From an uncultured bacterium (GTDB lineage: Bacteria > Planctomycetota > UBA1135 > UBA2386): DNA of 64,000 nucleotides. The DNA lies in the NCBI GenBank assembly GCA_937952215.1, contig CALFZH010000058.1, positions 81,452 through 145,451 of the forward strand, given 5' to 3'. Numbering within the stretch: position 1 is the stretch's first letter; the number at the start of each line of letters is the position of its first letter. The notes below the pieces were generated by a model that saw only the letters and a list, made by a program, of their open reading frames with translations, searched no databases and had not been told where the DNA came from. The translations under genes and the position numbers were made by a program. Below, one piece after another: positions 20,400 to 28,702 of this stretch.

Positions 20400-20586
20400 C
20401 GACCCGGCGTAGCCGACGGCGGGAACGCGACGGCCTGGGGAAGGTCGCCCGGCCGCGCCTGGGCTCGTCCCGGAGGCCGGGGCCTGGGCAGGACGCGAAA
20501 GCCGCCTTACGGTGCCGGCCGAACGTGGCTCCAACGCCGGCGCCGACCCCTCCGGCTGCCGTTTTCCGTCCACGAAGGACACGCCG

Positions 20587-21000
20587 ATGCATCCGACCTT
20601 GCTCGCCGGTCTCGCGTTCTCCCTGCTGACGCCGTTCGCCACGGCCCAGATCCACTCCGGCATGCCGCAGCCGCTGCCCGGCACGCCGATGACGCCGCCG
20701 CCGGTCGATCATCCGGCACTCGGCGCGCAGCCCGGGTTCGGCGGCGATGCGCCGCGGCCGACGGGCGGCGGAACGGGTGGCGGTGGTGGACAGAAGGGCA
20801 CGCCGCGGCCCGCTCCGCCTGCTCCGCCCGAGGACACCGTGGGTGCGAAGCTCGGCGGTCGCGACCTCAAGAAGGCGGTCGCGAAGGTGAAGGCGCTGAA
20901 GTGGGGCGCGAGCCTCGAGGAGGCGTTCGTGCAGTCGGCGGCGACCGGCAAGCCGGTGCTGTGGCTGCAGGCGCTCGGCGACATCGACGGCTTTGCTTGA
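20587..21000 (+). CDS. thioredoxin-fold protein, N-terminal part (signal peptide + Pro/Gly linker + beta1), ends at in-frame TGA
   Basis: ATG 20587 (MHPTLLAGLAFSLLTPFATAQ). ...LKWGASLEEAFVQSAATGKPVLWLQALGDIDGFA-TGA. See the finding on possible Sec or pseudogene. Confidence 0.5.
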   Translation: MHPTLLAGLAFSLLTPFATAQIHSGMPQPLPGTPMTPPPVDHPALGAQPGFGGDAPRPTGGGTGGGGGQKGTPRPAPPAPPEDTVGAKLGGRDLKKAVAKVKALKWGASLEEAFVQSAATGKPVLWLQALGDIDGFA

Positions 21001-21024
21001 AGCGCTCTCCAGAGCCTGCGGGGC

Positions 21025-21744
21025 GTGACCCTGCCGAACGAAGAGGTGATGGAACTGCTGGACGAACGGTTCGTCCTCGGCGCGCGCAACATCGAGCGTG
21101 AGTCGCACGTCGGCACGTCGCACGGCTACTCGCCGTCGGACACGGCCGTGGGTACGACGAACGGCGCTGGCGGCCGCAACGTGCAGATCCTGGTGCTCGC
21201 CGCGGATCGCACGGTGGTGCACGCGCTGCCGGGCTTCTGGCACGCCGAGGACCTGCTCGCCGAACTGCGGCTGGCGCTCGATCTGCACAAGCTGTGGCGC
21301 GACGACGAAGTGTCGCGCGAACAGAAGCTCGCGATGTTCCCGCTGCTGCACCGTTCGCACCTGCGGCGCCACGGCGCAGCGGCCGAACGCCGCGGCGGTT
21401 GGCAGGGGTTCGACCAGGCGCACGAGTTGATGCGTGCGCAGAACGAAACGCGCGACACCGTGATCCGCGAGGGCGACGCGCCGCCGCGGCTCAAGTCGAT
21501 CCCGCAGCTCGTGCACGACCGCCTGCTGGCGCGGCCGTTCAAGAAGCTCGCCGACTTCGGCATGGAGTCGTTCGTCGACTACGGGCGGCCGTTCTACGAC
21601 AACAACGCCGGCCTCGACGAGGGCAAGAACTTCCCGCGCGCGGAGCAGGCCAACCAGAAGCGCGAGCGCGACCAGGAGAAGGCCGCGCGCGCGGCGGCGA
21701 AGCAGGGGCCGACCAGCGGCGAGGCGAAGGCCAAGGCCTTCTGA
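21025..21744 (+). CDS. thioredoxin-fold protein, C-terminal part (same frame as 20587..21000, open from 21001)
   Basis: SALQSLRGVTLPNEEVMELLDERFVLGARNIE... continues the Thioredoxin_7-like pattern. As a stand-alone ORF it has no signal peptide and would need GTG 21025 or ATG 21049. Confidence 0.5.
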   Translation: MTLPNEEVMELLDERFVLGARNIERESHVGTSHGYSPSDTAVGTTNGAGGRNVQILVLAADRTVVHALPGFWHAEDLLAELRLALDLHKLWRDDEVSREQKLAMFPLLHRSHLRRHGAAAERRGGWQGFDQAHELMRAQNETRDTVIREGDAPPRLKSIPQLVHDRLLARPFKKLADFGMESFVDYGRPFYDNNAGLDEGKNFPRAEQANQKRERDQEKAARAAAKQGPTSGEAKAKAF

Positions 21745-21753
21745 CCGCGCGGT

Positions 21754-22653
21754 TCACATCGCCGTTCGATGTGCCGCGAGCCACGCGCTCGCGAGCACCG
21801 TCATGATGATCAGCACGCCGCCGGCCGCGGCCAACGGATGCGGGGCCTCGGCGTGCACCCACCACGCGAGCAGCGTGCTGAGTGCTGGCTCGATCATCGT
21901 CAGCAACGACGCGCGCACGGCCGGCACGTGGGCGATGCCGCGCACCAGCAGCGTGTAGGCCAGTCCGACCTGGAACGTGCCGAGCACCGCGATCACCAGC
22001 CAGTCCGTCGGCGTGCCGGCGATCGGCTGCTGGCCGACGACCGGCATCAGGGCGAACGCGATCGGCAGCGTCAGCAGGTTGCCCCACGCGACCAAGGCTC
22101 CTTCCTCGCCGCGGTCCCTGCGCGCGAGCCAGCGCAGGCCGAGCAGCAGCAGGGCGTAGCTGATGCCCGAAGCGACGGCGATCCAGTCGCCGAGGCGCGG
22201 GTTCGGCGCGGTGGCGATCGCATCGGCGGGCGCCACGAAGAACGCCGTCATGCCGAGCCCGACGCCCGCGAGCACGATCACGTCGGCGCGCGTCGTGCGT
22301 TCGCGCAGCAGCAGCGGGCCGAGCAGCACCACCCACAGAGGTGCGGTCGACTGCAGGAAGATCGCGTTCGAGGCAGTGGTCAGCGTGTTGGCCACCACGA
22401 ACAGGCAGGTGGCGCCGAAGTAGGCGGGCACCAGCAACAGGATGCGGCGGTTCGGCCACTGCCGCGCGGCTGGCAGCAGCAGGAAGATCACCAACGCGGC
22501 GATGGCGGCGCGGCAGCCGGCGCGCTGCAGCGCCGGCAGCGTCAGCAGCTTGATCAGGGTGCCGCCGGTGGCGAACAGCGCACCGGCGAGCACGACGCGA
22601 AGGGCGGGCGGCACGGGTGCGGGGTTGTCGCACGCTGGGAGTTCGGCGTCCAT
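21754..22653 (-). CDS. EamA/DMT-superfamily transporter
   Basis: ORF 21754..22653 has about 10 hydrophobic spans and a duplicated EamA-like architecture. Confidence 0.8.
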   Translation of the reverse strand: MDAELPACDNPAPVPPALRVVLAGALFATGGTLIKLLTLPALQRAGCRAAIAALVIFLLLPAARQWPNRRILLLVPAYFGATCLFVVANTLTTASNAIFLQSTAPLWVVLLGPLLLRERTTRADVIVLAGVGLGMTAFFVAPADAIATAPNPRLGDWIAVASGISYALLLLGLRWLARRDRGEEGALVAWGNLLTLPIAFALMPVVGQQPIAGTPTDWLVIAVLGTFQVGLAYTLLVRGIAHVPAVRASLLTMIEPALSTLLAWWVHAEAPHPLAAAGGVLIIMTVLASAWLAAHRTAM

Positions 22654-22703
22654 CGCGCCGGCCCCTGGAATCGCAGGCCGCTGCGCGCGACGTTCCCCTG
22701 CCG

Positions 22704-23489
22704 ATGGCCCGCTACCAGACCCTCGAAGTCGTTCCCGACGGCCCCGTGCTGCACGTCAAGCTCAACCGCCCCGACGTGCGCAATGCGTTCAACGGCGTCG
22801 TCGTCGACGAACTCAGCGCCGCGTTCGCCGCTGCCGACACCGACGCGACTGCTCGCGTCGTCGTGCTGGCGGGCAACGGCAAGAGCTTCTCGGCGGGCGC
22901 CGACCTTGCGTGGATGCAGGAGCAGGCCGAACTGCCGCCGGCGCAGAACCGCGTCGGCGCCGAGAAGATGGCGCGCATGTTCCTGGCGATCGCGCGCTGC
23001 CGGAAGCCGGTGGTCGCGCGCATCCACGGCCATGCGCTCGGCGGCGGCACCGGGCTCACGGCTGCCGTCGACATCGCGGTGTGCACCGAGGACTGCCTGT
23101 TCGGACTGACCGAGGTGAAGCTCGGCATCGTGCCGGCCGTGATCTCGCCGTTCGTGCTGCAGAAGCTCGGCGTCGGCCGCGCGCGCACGTTGTTCCTGAC
23201 CGGCGAGCGCTTCGACGGGCGCGAGGCGCAGCGCTTCGGGCTCGTGCATCGCGCGGTACCCGAGGCGGGTCTCGACGCCGAGGTGCAGCGCATCGTCGGC
23301 GAACTGCTGGCCGCGGGGCCGGCGGCGGTAGCGAGTGCCAAGCAGCTGATCGCGCGCGTCGGGGCGTTGTCGCTCGAGGACGCGATCCCGATCACCGCGG
23401 ACTGGATCGCGGCGCTGCGCAGCACGCCCGAGGCGCGCGAGGGGTTCGCCGCCTTCCTCGGCAAGCGCAAGCCGTCGTGGCAGGCGTGA
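22704..23489 (+). CDS. enoyl-CoA hydratase/isomerase (crotonase; methylglutaconyl-CoA hydratase-like)
   Basis: From ATG 22704: MARYQTLEVVPDGPVLHVKLNRPDVRNAF, VVLAGNGKSFSAGADL, ARIHGHALGGGTGL. Confidence 0.9.
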   Translation: MARYQTLEVVPDGPVLHVKLNRPDVRNAFNGVVVDELSAAFAAADTDATARVVVLAGNGKSFSAGADLAWMQEQAELPPAQNRVGAEKMARMFLAIARCRKPVVARIHGHALGGGTGLTAAVDIAVCTEDCLFGLTEVKLGIVPAVISPFVLQKLGVGRARTLFLTGERFDGREAQRFGLVHRAVPEAGLDAEVQRIVGELLAAGPAAVASAKQLIARVGALSLEDAIPITADWIAALRSTPEAREGFAAFLGKRKPSWQA

Positions 23490-23505
23490 ACGGCTTGGCG
23501 CCGCG

Positions 23506-25416
23506 TCAGCCCGGCGCGTAGCGGCGCCGTTCGTGGGCGGCGGCGGCTTCACGCAACGCCGCGAGCCGACGGGCGTCGGTCTGCGTCGCGCTGGCGCGGG
23601 CGAGTGCCTCGCGCGGCGTCTCGCCCGGCTGCAGCGCGAGGCCGGCGGCGCGCAGTGCCCGTTCGAGCGCCAGCACTTCGGGCGCCGCGCGTCGGCGCCG
23701 GCGCAACACGAGGAACGCGATCACGGCGACCGCGCCGACGCACGTGAGTGGCCGTTCGCGCGGCAGCGCCAGGGCAGCGGCGAGCCAGCGCGCGCGCGTC
23801 GCCTGGTCGAACGTCGTCACGGCCGTCCACCACGCTTCGAGCGTCTTGCGCAGGTCGTGCCACCAGCCGGTGGGGGACTCTGGTTCGGCGCGCACGTCCG
23901 CCGCTGGCGTCGCGTCGAACGTGTGCCACCGGCCGTCCTCGTCGAGCACTTCGACCCAGGCGTGCGCGTGTCGGCCACGCACGACGAACGAGCCGCTGCC
24001 CGCCTCCCGCTCGTGCACGAGCCAGCCGCCGACGAGGCGGCACGGCACGCCTTGCACGCGCAGCACCAGGGCCAGCGCCGTCGCGAAGTACTCGCAGTGC
24101 CCGGCACCATCGTTGGCCAGGAAGGCGCGCAGGTCGCGGGCGAAGCCGGGTCGGCCGGGCAGGCCGTAGCGACGGTTGTGCTGCAGCCAGTCGCTGGCCG
24201 CCGTTGCGCGCGCGAGTGCGTCCGGGGCCGGCGGCAGCAAGGCGCGCAGCTTGCCGGCGAGTTCGTGCACCGCGTCGGGCATGCCGGCCAGCGGCAGGGC
24301 GGTCATCACGCTGCGGACGCGTTCGGCGTTGCGAGCGGCTCCGGCGGTCGCGGCGACTTCGACGTCGAAGGCGAGCGGTGGGTGGGATCGCCCCTCGGCG
24401 TCGGTCAGGCGCAGGCAGCCATCCGAACGACCGTCGAGCAGCAACGACTCGTCGGCCGCCCCGGTCACGTGGCTCGCCGCCAGTGGTGTTGGCAGCCGCG
24501 TGCCGGCTGGCCCGGCGAACTGCACGCGCAACCGCGCGCGCGGCCCTTCCGGAAGACGCCGATGCAGGCTGCCGTCGGGGTGCCGTTCCCACGGCGGATC
24601 GCTCGCGAATCGCGAGCCGAACTGCCCCGCTTCCTGCGCCGACCAGCCAGTACCGTCGAAGCGGGAGAACGCGGTCGCGCGCCAGTGGGTCGGCACGTCG
24701 GTGGCCGGGCCAGCGGCCGGCACGATGTGGGCGAGAACTTCGTCGCCGGGACCGGACGCTCGCTCGTCGTCGATGCGGATGCGTTCGGCGAGACCGGCCT
24801 CGAACTGCCGCCGCAGCAAGGCGGCGTCGCCGAGCCAACCCTCGCGGCGGAAGTCGCGCGGCAGCAGCACGAACGCGGTCGCGGTCACGAGGCCGACGAC
24901 CAACGTGCGCGGCACGCAGTCGCGGAGGGCCGCACGGAGCAGGCGCGGATCGACCACGCTTTCCCTCGTCTGCAGCGCGTAGATCTGCAGCGTCGGCAGC
25001 AGGACCAGCGCGTGGGCCAGGAACAGCAGTGACCACGACAGGTCCGGCGCGAAGAACGCGGTCACGAACGCGACCAGGAACGAGTTGAAGAACAGCAGGT
25101 CCGGGCGTTGCCGCGCGCCGACGTTGTTCAGCAGGTGCACCTGGCAGAGCACCGCGAGCACGAGCCCGTCTTCGAGCATGTGCAGCAGACCGCTGGTCGT
25201 GGCGTGGGCGACCAGCAGCGCGAAGGCGACCAGCACACCGGTGTTCCACGCGAAGCGGTGCACGCGAAAGCGCTGCAGGCGCCGCAGCCACGGCGAGGCG
25301 AGCGTGAGCGCCCACATCGGCAGCATGCCGGCGGCGCCGACGACGCCGGTTGCCTGCACGAACCCGAGATCCAGCAGCGTCAAGGCCGCCAGCAGTGCGA
25401 ACAGCGACCGGCTCAT
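23506..25416 (-). CDS. transglutaminase-like protein with N-terminal polytopic DUF3488-type domain
   Basis: From ATG 25416 in ORF 23506..26391. Six or more TM helices, then DGAGHCEYFATALALVLRVQGVPCRLVGG...HAWVEVLDEDGRWHTFDATP (Cys-His-Asp core). Confidence 0.8.
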   Translation of the reverse strand: MSRSLFALLAALTLLDLGFVQATGVVGAAGMLPMWALTLASPWLRRLQRFRVHRFAWNTGVLVAFALLVAHATTSGLLHMLEDGLVLAVLCQVHLLNNVGARQRPDLLFFNSFLVAFVTAFFAPDLSWSLLFLAHALVLLPTLQIYALQTRESVVDPRLLRAALRDCVPRTLVVGLVTATAFVLLPRDFRREGWLGDAALLRRQFEAGLAERIRIDDERASGPGDEVLAHIVPAAGPATDVPTHWRATAFSRFDGTGWSAQEAGQFGSRFASDPPWERHPDGSLHRRLPEGPRARLRVQFAGPAGTRLPTPLAASHVTGAADESLLLDGRSDGCLRLTDAEGRSHPPLAFDVEVAATAGAARNAERVRSVMTALPLAGMPDAVHELAGKLRALLPPAPDALARATAASDWLQHNRRYGLPGRPGFARDLRAFLANDGAGHCEYFATALALVLRVQGVPCRLVGGWLVHEREAGSGSFVVRGRHAHAWVEVLDEDGRWHTFDATPAADVRAEPESPTGWWHDLRKTLEAWWTAVTTFDQATRARWLAAALALPRERPLTCVGAVAVIAFLVLRRRRRAAPEVLALERALRAAGLALQPGETPREALARASATQTDARRLAALREAAAAHERRRYAPG

Positions 25417-26300
25417 CGGCGGCCTCCGAGACCCGATGGCGGTGGTGCTTCGCGCGGCAGCGGTGCGGCGGTTGCGAGCCACCGTTGCACGGCGTCGAGC
25501 GGGTCCGCCGGCCGCACGGCGAGGTCGGTGTCCTGGCTGCACAGACGGAACTCGCGCCCCGCCGCGCGGGCCGCGTCGACGTTCGCCGCGGCGGTCGCGA
25601 GCGCCGTCTCGAGGGCATCGGCGTCGCCGCGACGATCGACGACGACGAGCGCAGCGTCGGTGCGTTCGGGCTCGAGCTCCTTGACGACCGGAACGCCGCG
25701 GCGCGCGGTCGCCTTCCAGTGCACGAGACCCACGGCGTCGCCGGCGCGGAACGGCCGCACGGCGGCGAGTTCGGCCGGGCGACCACTGGCGCCGCACGGC
25801 GACAGCGAGGCGGTCGCGCGTGACGAGTCCGGCCCGGTCACGAGCTCGGCGGTGACCGGCAGATCGACGCGGGCTTCGAACAGGCCGAGAGGGAAACGCG
25901 ACGCGATGCGGACCGCCGTGACCGCGGCGATGCCGCGCGGACGACCGCCCAGGTTGGCCGGCACGCGCGCGTCGGCGGCGACGATCGCCTGGGGCGCGAT
26001 CGGCGAAGCCCCGTCCGCGGTGACCAGCGCGACATCGAGTGCGTAGCGCGTGCGGCGGCAGCCGAGCGTGAGCTCGACCGGCCGCATGGCCCCGGCCTCG
26101 GCGTATCCCGCCGACAGGTGCTGCAGCGTGATCGCGCGCACGTTGCGCAGCGTCCACCACGCGCCGAGGGCACCGAGCGCCGCGCAGAACACGAGCAGCA
26201 GGAAGAACAGGTTGCTGTAGGCGGTCGCGAAGAACGCCGTCGCCATGGCGGCGAACAGCATGAGGCCCTTCCAGCCGAGCTCCGTCGGGCGGATGCGCAC
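25413..26300 (-). CDS. DUF58 domain protein
   Basis: ORF 25413..26300. Two N-terminal TM spans, FRAGDAVGLVHWKATARRGVPVVKELE motif. Its stop overlaps the next start (ATGA). Confidence 0.8.
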   Translation of the reverse strand: MRIRPTELGWKGLMLFAAMATAFFATAYSNLFFLLLVFCAALGALGAWWTLRNVRAITLQHLSAGYAEAGAMRPVELTLGCRRTRYALDVALVTADGASPIAPQAIVAADARVPANLGGRPRGIAAVTAVRIASRFPLGLFEARVDLPVTAELVTGPDSSRATASLSPCGASGRPAELAAVRPFRAGDAVGLVHWKATARRGVPVVKELEPERTDAALVVVDRRGDADALETALATAAANVDAARAAGREFRLCSQDTDLAVRPADPLDAVQRWLATAAPLPREAPPPSGLGGRR

Positions 26301-26305
26301 GGCGG

Positions 26306-27244
26306 TCAGAGCGGCACCGGCACGGTGCGCAGCAGCTCGGCGACGATCGCGCGGGCGTCGGCGTTGCCGCGTGCGAACACGCGATGCGCAAGGGCGGGCA
26401 GTGCGAGCGCCTTGAGGTCGTCCGGCAGCGCGTAGTCGCGCCCGTCGAGCAGGGCGCGGGCGCGCGCCAGCCGCAGCCAGGCCAGCGCAGCGCGTGGGCT
26501 GGCGCCGAGCTGCACGTCGCCGTGCCGGCGTGTCGCCTGCACGAGTGCCAACGCGTACTGCGCGACCGGCGTGGCCACCTGCACGGCGGCCGCCATCGCG
26601 CGCAACTGCAGCAGATCGCTCGTCGCGATCACCGGGGCGACGTCCGCGAGCCTGGCTTCGGGGTCGTCGCCGACGTAGAGCGCGAGCTCCTGCGCGGGCT
26701 CGGGGTAGGCGAGTTCGACGCGCACCGCGAAGCGATCGAGCGCTGCCTCCGGCACCGGCCAGGTACCGTGGAACTCGATCGGGTTGCGCGTCGCGATGAC
26801 CGTGAACGGCTGCCCGAGCTCGAGCGTGCGGCCTTCGACCGACACGTGCCCGCTCTCCATCGCCTCGAGCAGGCAGGACAGCGTGCGCGGGCTGGTGCGG
26901 TTGATCTCGTCGGCGAGCACGACGTTGGCGAACAGCGGCCCGCGCACGAACGAGAACTTGCCGAGGTCGGGACGCCAGACGGCGGTGCCGACGACGTCGC
27001 TCGGCATCAGGTCGTTGGTGAACTGGATGCGGCGGAACTCACCGTCGACGCACCGCGCCAGCGTGCGCGCGAGCAGCGTCTTGCCGATGCCGGGCATGCC
27101 CTCGAGCAGCACGTGACCGCCCGCGACCGTGGCGCAGACGAGCGGCTCGACGATGCCGGCGGGCAGCGACACGACCTGGGCCAGGTGGCGCTCGACGGCG
27201 GTCCGGATCGCGGCGGGTTCGAGGGTGCGGGTCGGCGCGGACAC
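26306..27244 (-). CDS. MoxR-family AAA+ ATPase
   Basis: Walker A GMPGIGKT, Walker B VVLADEINR, TRNPIEFHGTWPVPEAALDRF. Confidence 0.9.
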   Translation of the reverse strand: MSAPTRTLEPAAIRTAVERHLAQVVSLPAGIVEPLVCATVAGGHVLLEGMPGIGKTLLARTLARCVDGEFRRIQFTNDLMPSDVVGTAVWRPDLGKFSFVRGPLFANVVLADEINRTSPRTLSCLLEAMESGHVSVEGRTLELGQPFTVIATRNPIEFHGTWPVPEAALDRFAVRVELAYPEPAQELALYVGDDPEARLADVAPVIATSDLLQLRAMAAAVQVATPVAQYALALVQATRRHGDVQLGASPRAALAWLRLARARALLDGRDYALPDDLKALALPALAHRVFARGNADARAIVAELLRTVPVPL

Positions 27245-27331
27245 GTCCCTCTTTCGGCAGCCTGCGGGGGTGCGTCGGTAGCCAGCCGCGAGAGGCCGTT
27301 GGCAGCGCCGTTGCCGCGCCTCGCGGGCGGC

Positions 27332-27946
27332 TCAGTTGCGGCGATGGCGATCGCTCGCCGGGGGCTCGGGATCCTCGTCGTCGAGGTCCTCGTCGATCTC
27401 CTCTTCCTCCTCGTCAGCCGCGCCCTCGCTGGCCGGCGGCGCTTCGCGCAGCAGTTGCCGGAACCGCGGGTCCGTTCGCAGTGGATCGAGGTCGGGATCG
27501 TCGCGGGCGAAGTCACGGCAGTGCTCGTCGAGGCCGCACGCGAGCGTGAGTTCGTCGATCGCGCGGTCGTGTTCGCCGGCGAGCGCCAGGTAGCACGCGA
27601 GGTTGAAGTGCGCGACGTCCGAGCGGTGATCACGCAGCACGAGGGTCTCGAGGCAGCGGATCGCGCCCGGCAGGTCGCCGGCGCGCTTCCTGCACCACGC
27701 TTCGGTCAGGTCGATCCAGCTCTCCTCGGGTGCCGCCGTTCGCAGTTCGGCCAGGTCGGGCAGCGCGTCGCGGTAGTTGCCGAGCCGGGCCAGCGCGCGC
27801 ACGCGCATCGCCAGGCCGGCGGCGCGGGCCGTGGGCTCGGCGAGCAGCGGCCCGAGCAGGGCGATCGCGCGGTCGGGGCAGCGCAGGTCGAGCCAGCCGT
27901 CGATCTGGTCGGCGAGCCGCTGCAAGGCCGGGGGAACGTGGAACAC
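27332..27946 (-). CDS. TPR-like helical-repeat protein with acidic C-terminal tail
   Basis: ORF 27332..27946. Repeats such as ALARLGNYRDALPDL and AHFNLACYLALAGEHDRAIDEL. Tail ADEEEEEIDEDLDDEDPE. Confidence 0.5.
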   Translation of the reverse strand: MFHVPPALQRLADQIDGWLDLRCPDRAIALLGPLLAEPTARAAGLAMRVRALARLGNYRDALPDLAELRTAAPEESWIDLTEAWCRKRAGDLPGAIRCLETLVLRDHRSDVAHFNLACYLALAGEHDRAIDELTLACGLDEHCRDFARDDPDLDPLRTDPRFRQLLREAPPASEGAADEEEEEIDEDLDDEDPEPPASDRHRRN

Positions 27947-27982
27947 GGCGCGAGTGTCGCGTTGCCTGCGCGGCGACGCAAC

Positions 27983-28702
27983 TCAGGCCGGTGCTGGCGG
28001 CAGGCCGAGCAGCGCGTCGATCCGGCGCCAGATCGTCGGCGCGACGGTGTTCAGCCGGTGATCGCCGCCCGGCACCAACCACAGTTCCTTCTGCGCGCTC
28101 GCGATGGCGTCGAAGAACCGTTCGCTGGCGCGCGCCGGGATCACGTCATCGGCCGTGCCGTGCACGACCAGCGTCGGCACCTGCAGCCGCTTGCCGAGCC
28201 CGGCTTCGTCGAGGGCCTTGGCATCGGCAAGCACCTGCGGCGTGACCGTGAACGCCGTGCCCTCGCTGGTCCACATTCGCCCCCGCGCATCGAGGCGTTG
28301 TGCGAGGTTGCCGAGCAGACCGAAGGCGGGTGCGAGCAGCGCCAGGCCGCGCACCAGGTCCGGGCGCGCGGCGGCGACGTAGGCGCCGACGAGGCCGCCG
28401 AGGCTCGAACCGACGATGACCGTCGGCCGGTGTCCTTCGAGCAGTCGGACCACGTCGTCGATCACGTGGCTCACCGGCACCTGGCCGAGTCGTCCCGACG
28501 AGTCGCCCTGGCCGCGCAGGTCGATGCGGCGGAACCCGCGTCCCTGCCGCTCGGCGTGCGCGAGCAGCGAGCCGCTCTTCTCGCCGGTTCGCACGGCCCC
28601 GAGTCCGTGCAGGTAGAGCCACGGCGGCGAGGCGCCTGCGAGTTCGTCGCCGACCAGGAACTCGCCGTTGCCGAGTTCGAACCGGAAGGTCCGTGTGCTC
28701 AC
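27983..28702 (-). CDS. alpha/beta hydrolase
   Basis: GTG 28702 overlaps the upstream TGA (GTGA). LYLHGLG, nucleophile elbow GSSLGG, VVHGTADDV, GGDHRL. Confidence 0.75.
   Translation of the reverse strand: MSTRTFRFELGNGEFLVGDELAGASPPWLYLHGLGAVRTGEKSGSLLAHAERQGRGFRRIDLRGQGDSSGRLGQVPVSHVIDDVVRLLEGHRPTVIVGSSLGGLVGAYVAAARPDLVRGLALLAPAFGLLGNLAQRLDARGRMWTSEGTAFTVTPQVLADAKALDEAGLGKRLQVPTLVVHGTADDVIPARASERFFDAIASAQKELWLVPGGDHRLNTVAPTIWRRIDALLGLPPAPA

Noticed and set aside
18657-20684. 675-aa minus-strand ORF, and the 498-aa + ORF 17909..19405
   Set aside because: Arg-rich artefact frames overlapping the beta-lactamase-family, membrane-anchored and YheT-like hydrolase genes, which have real motifs (SxxK, GxSxG).
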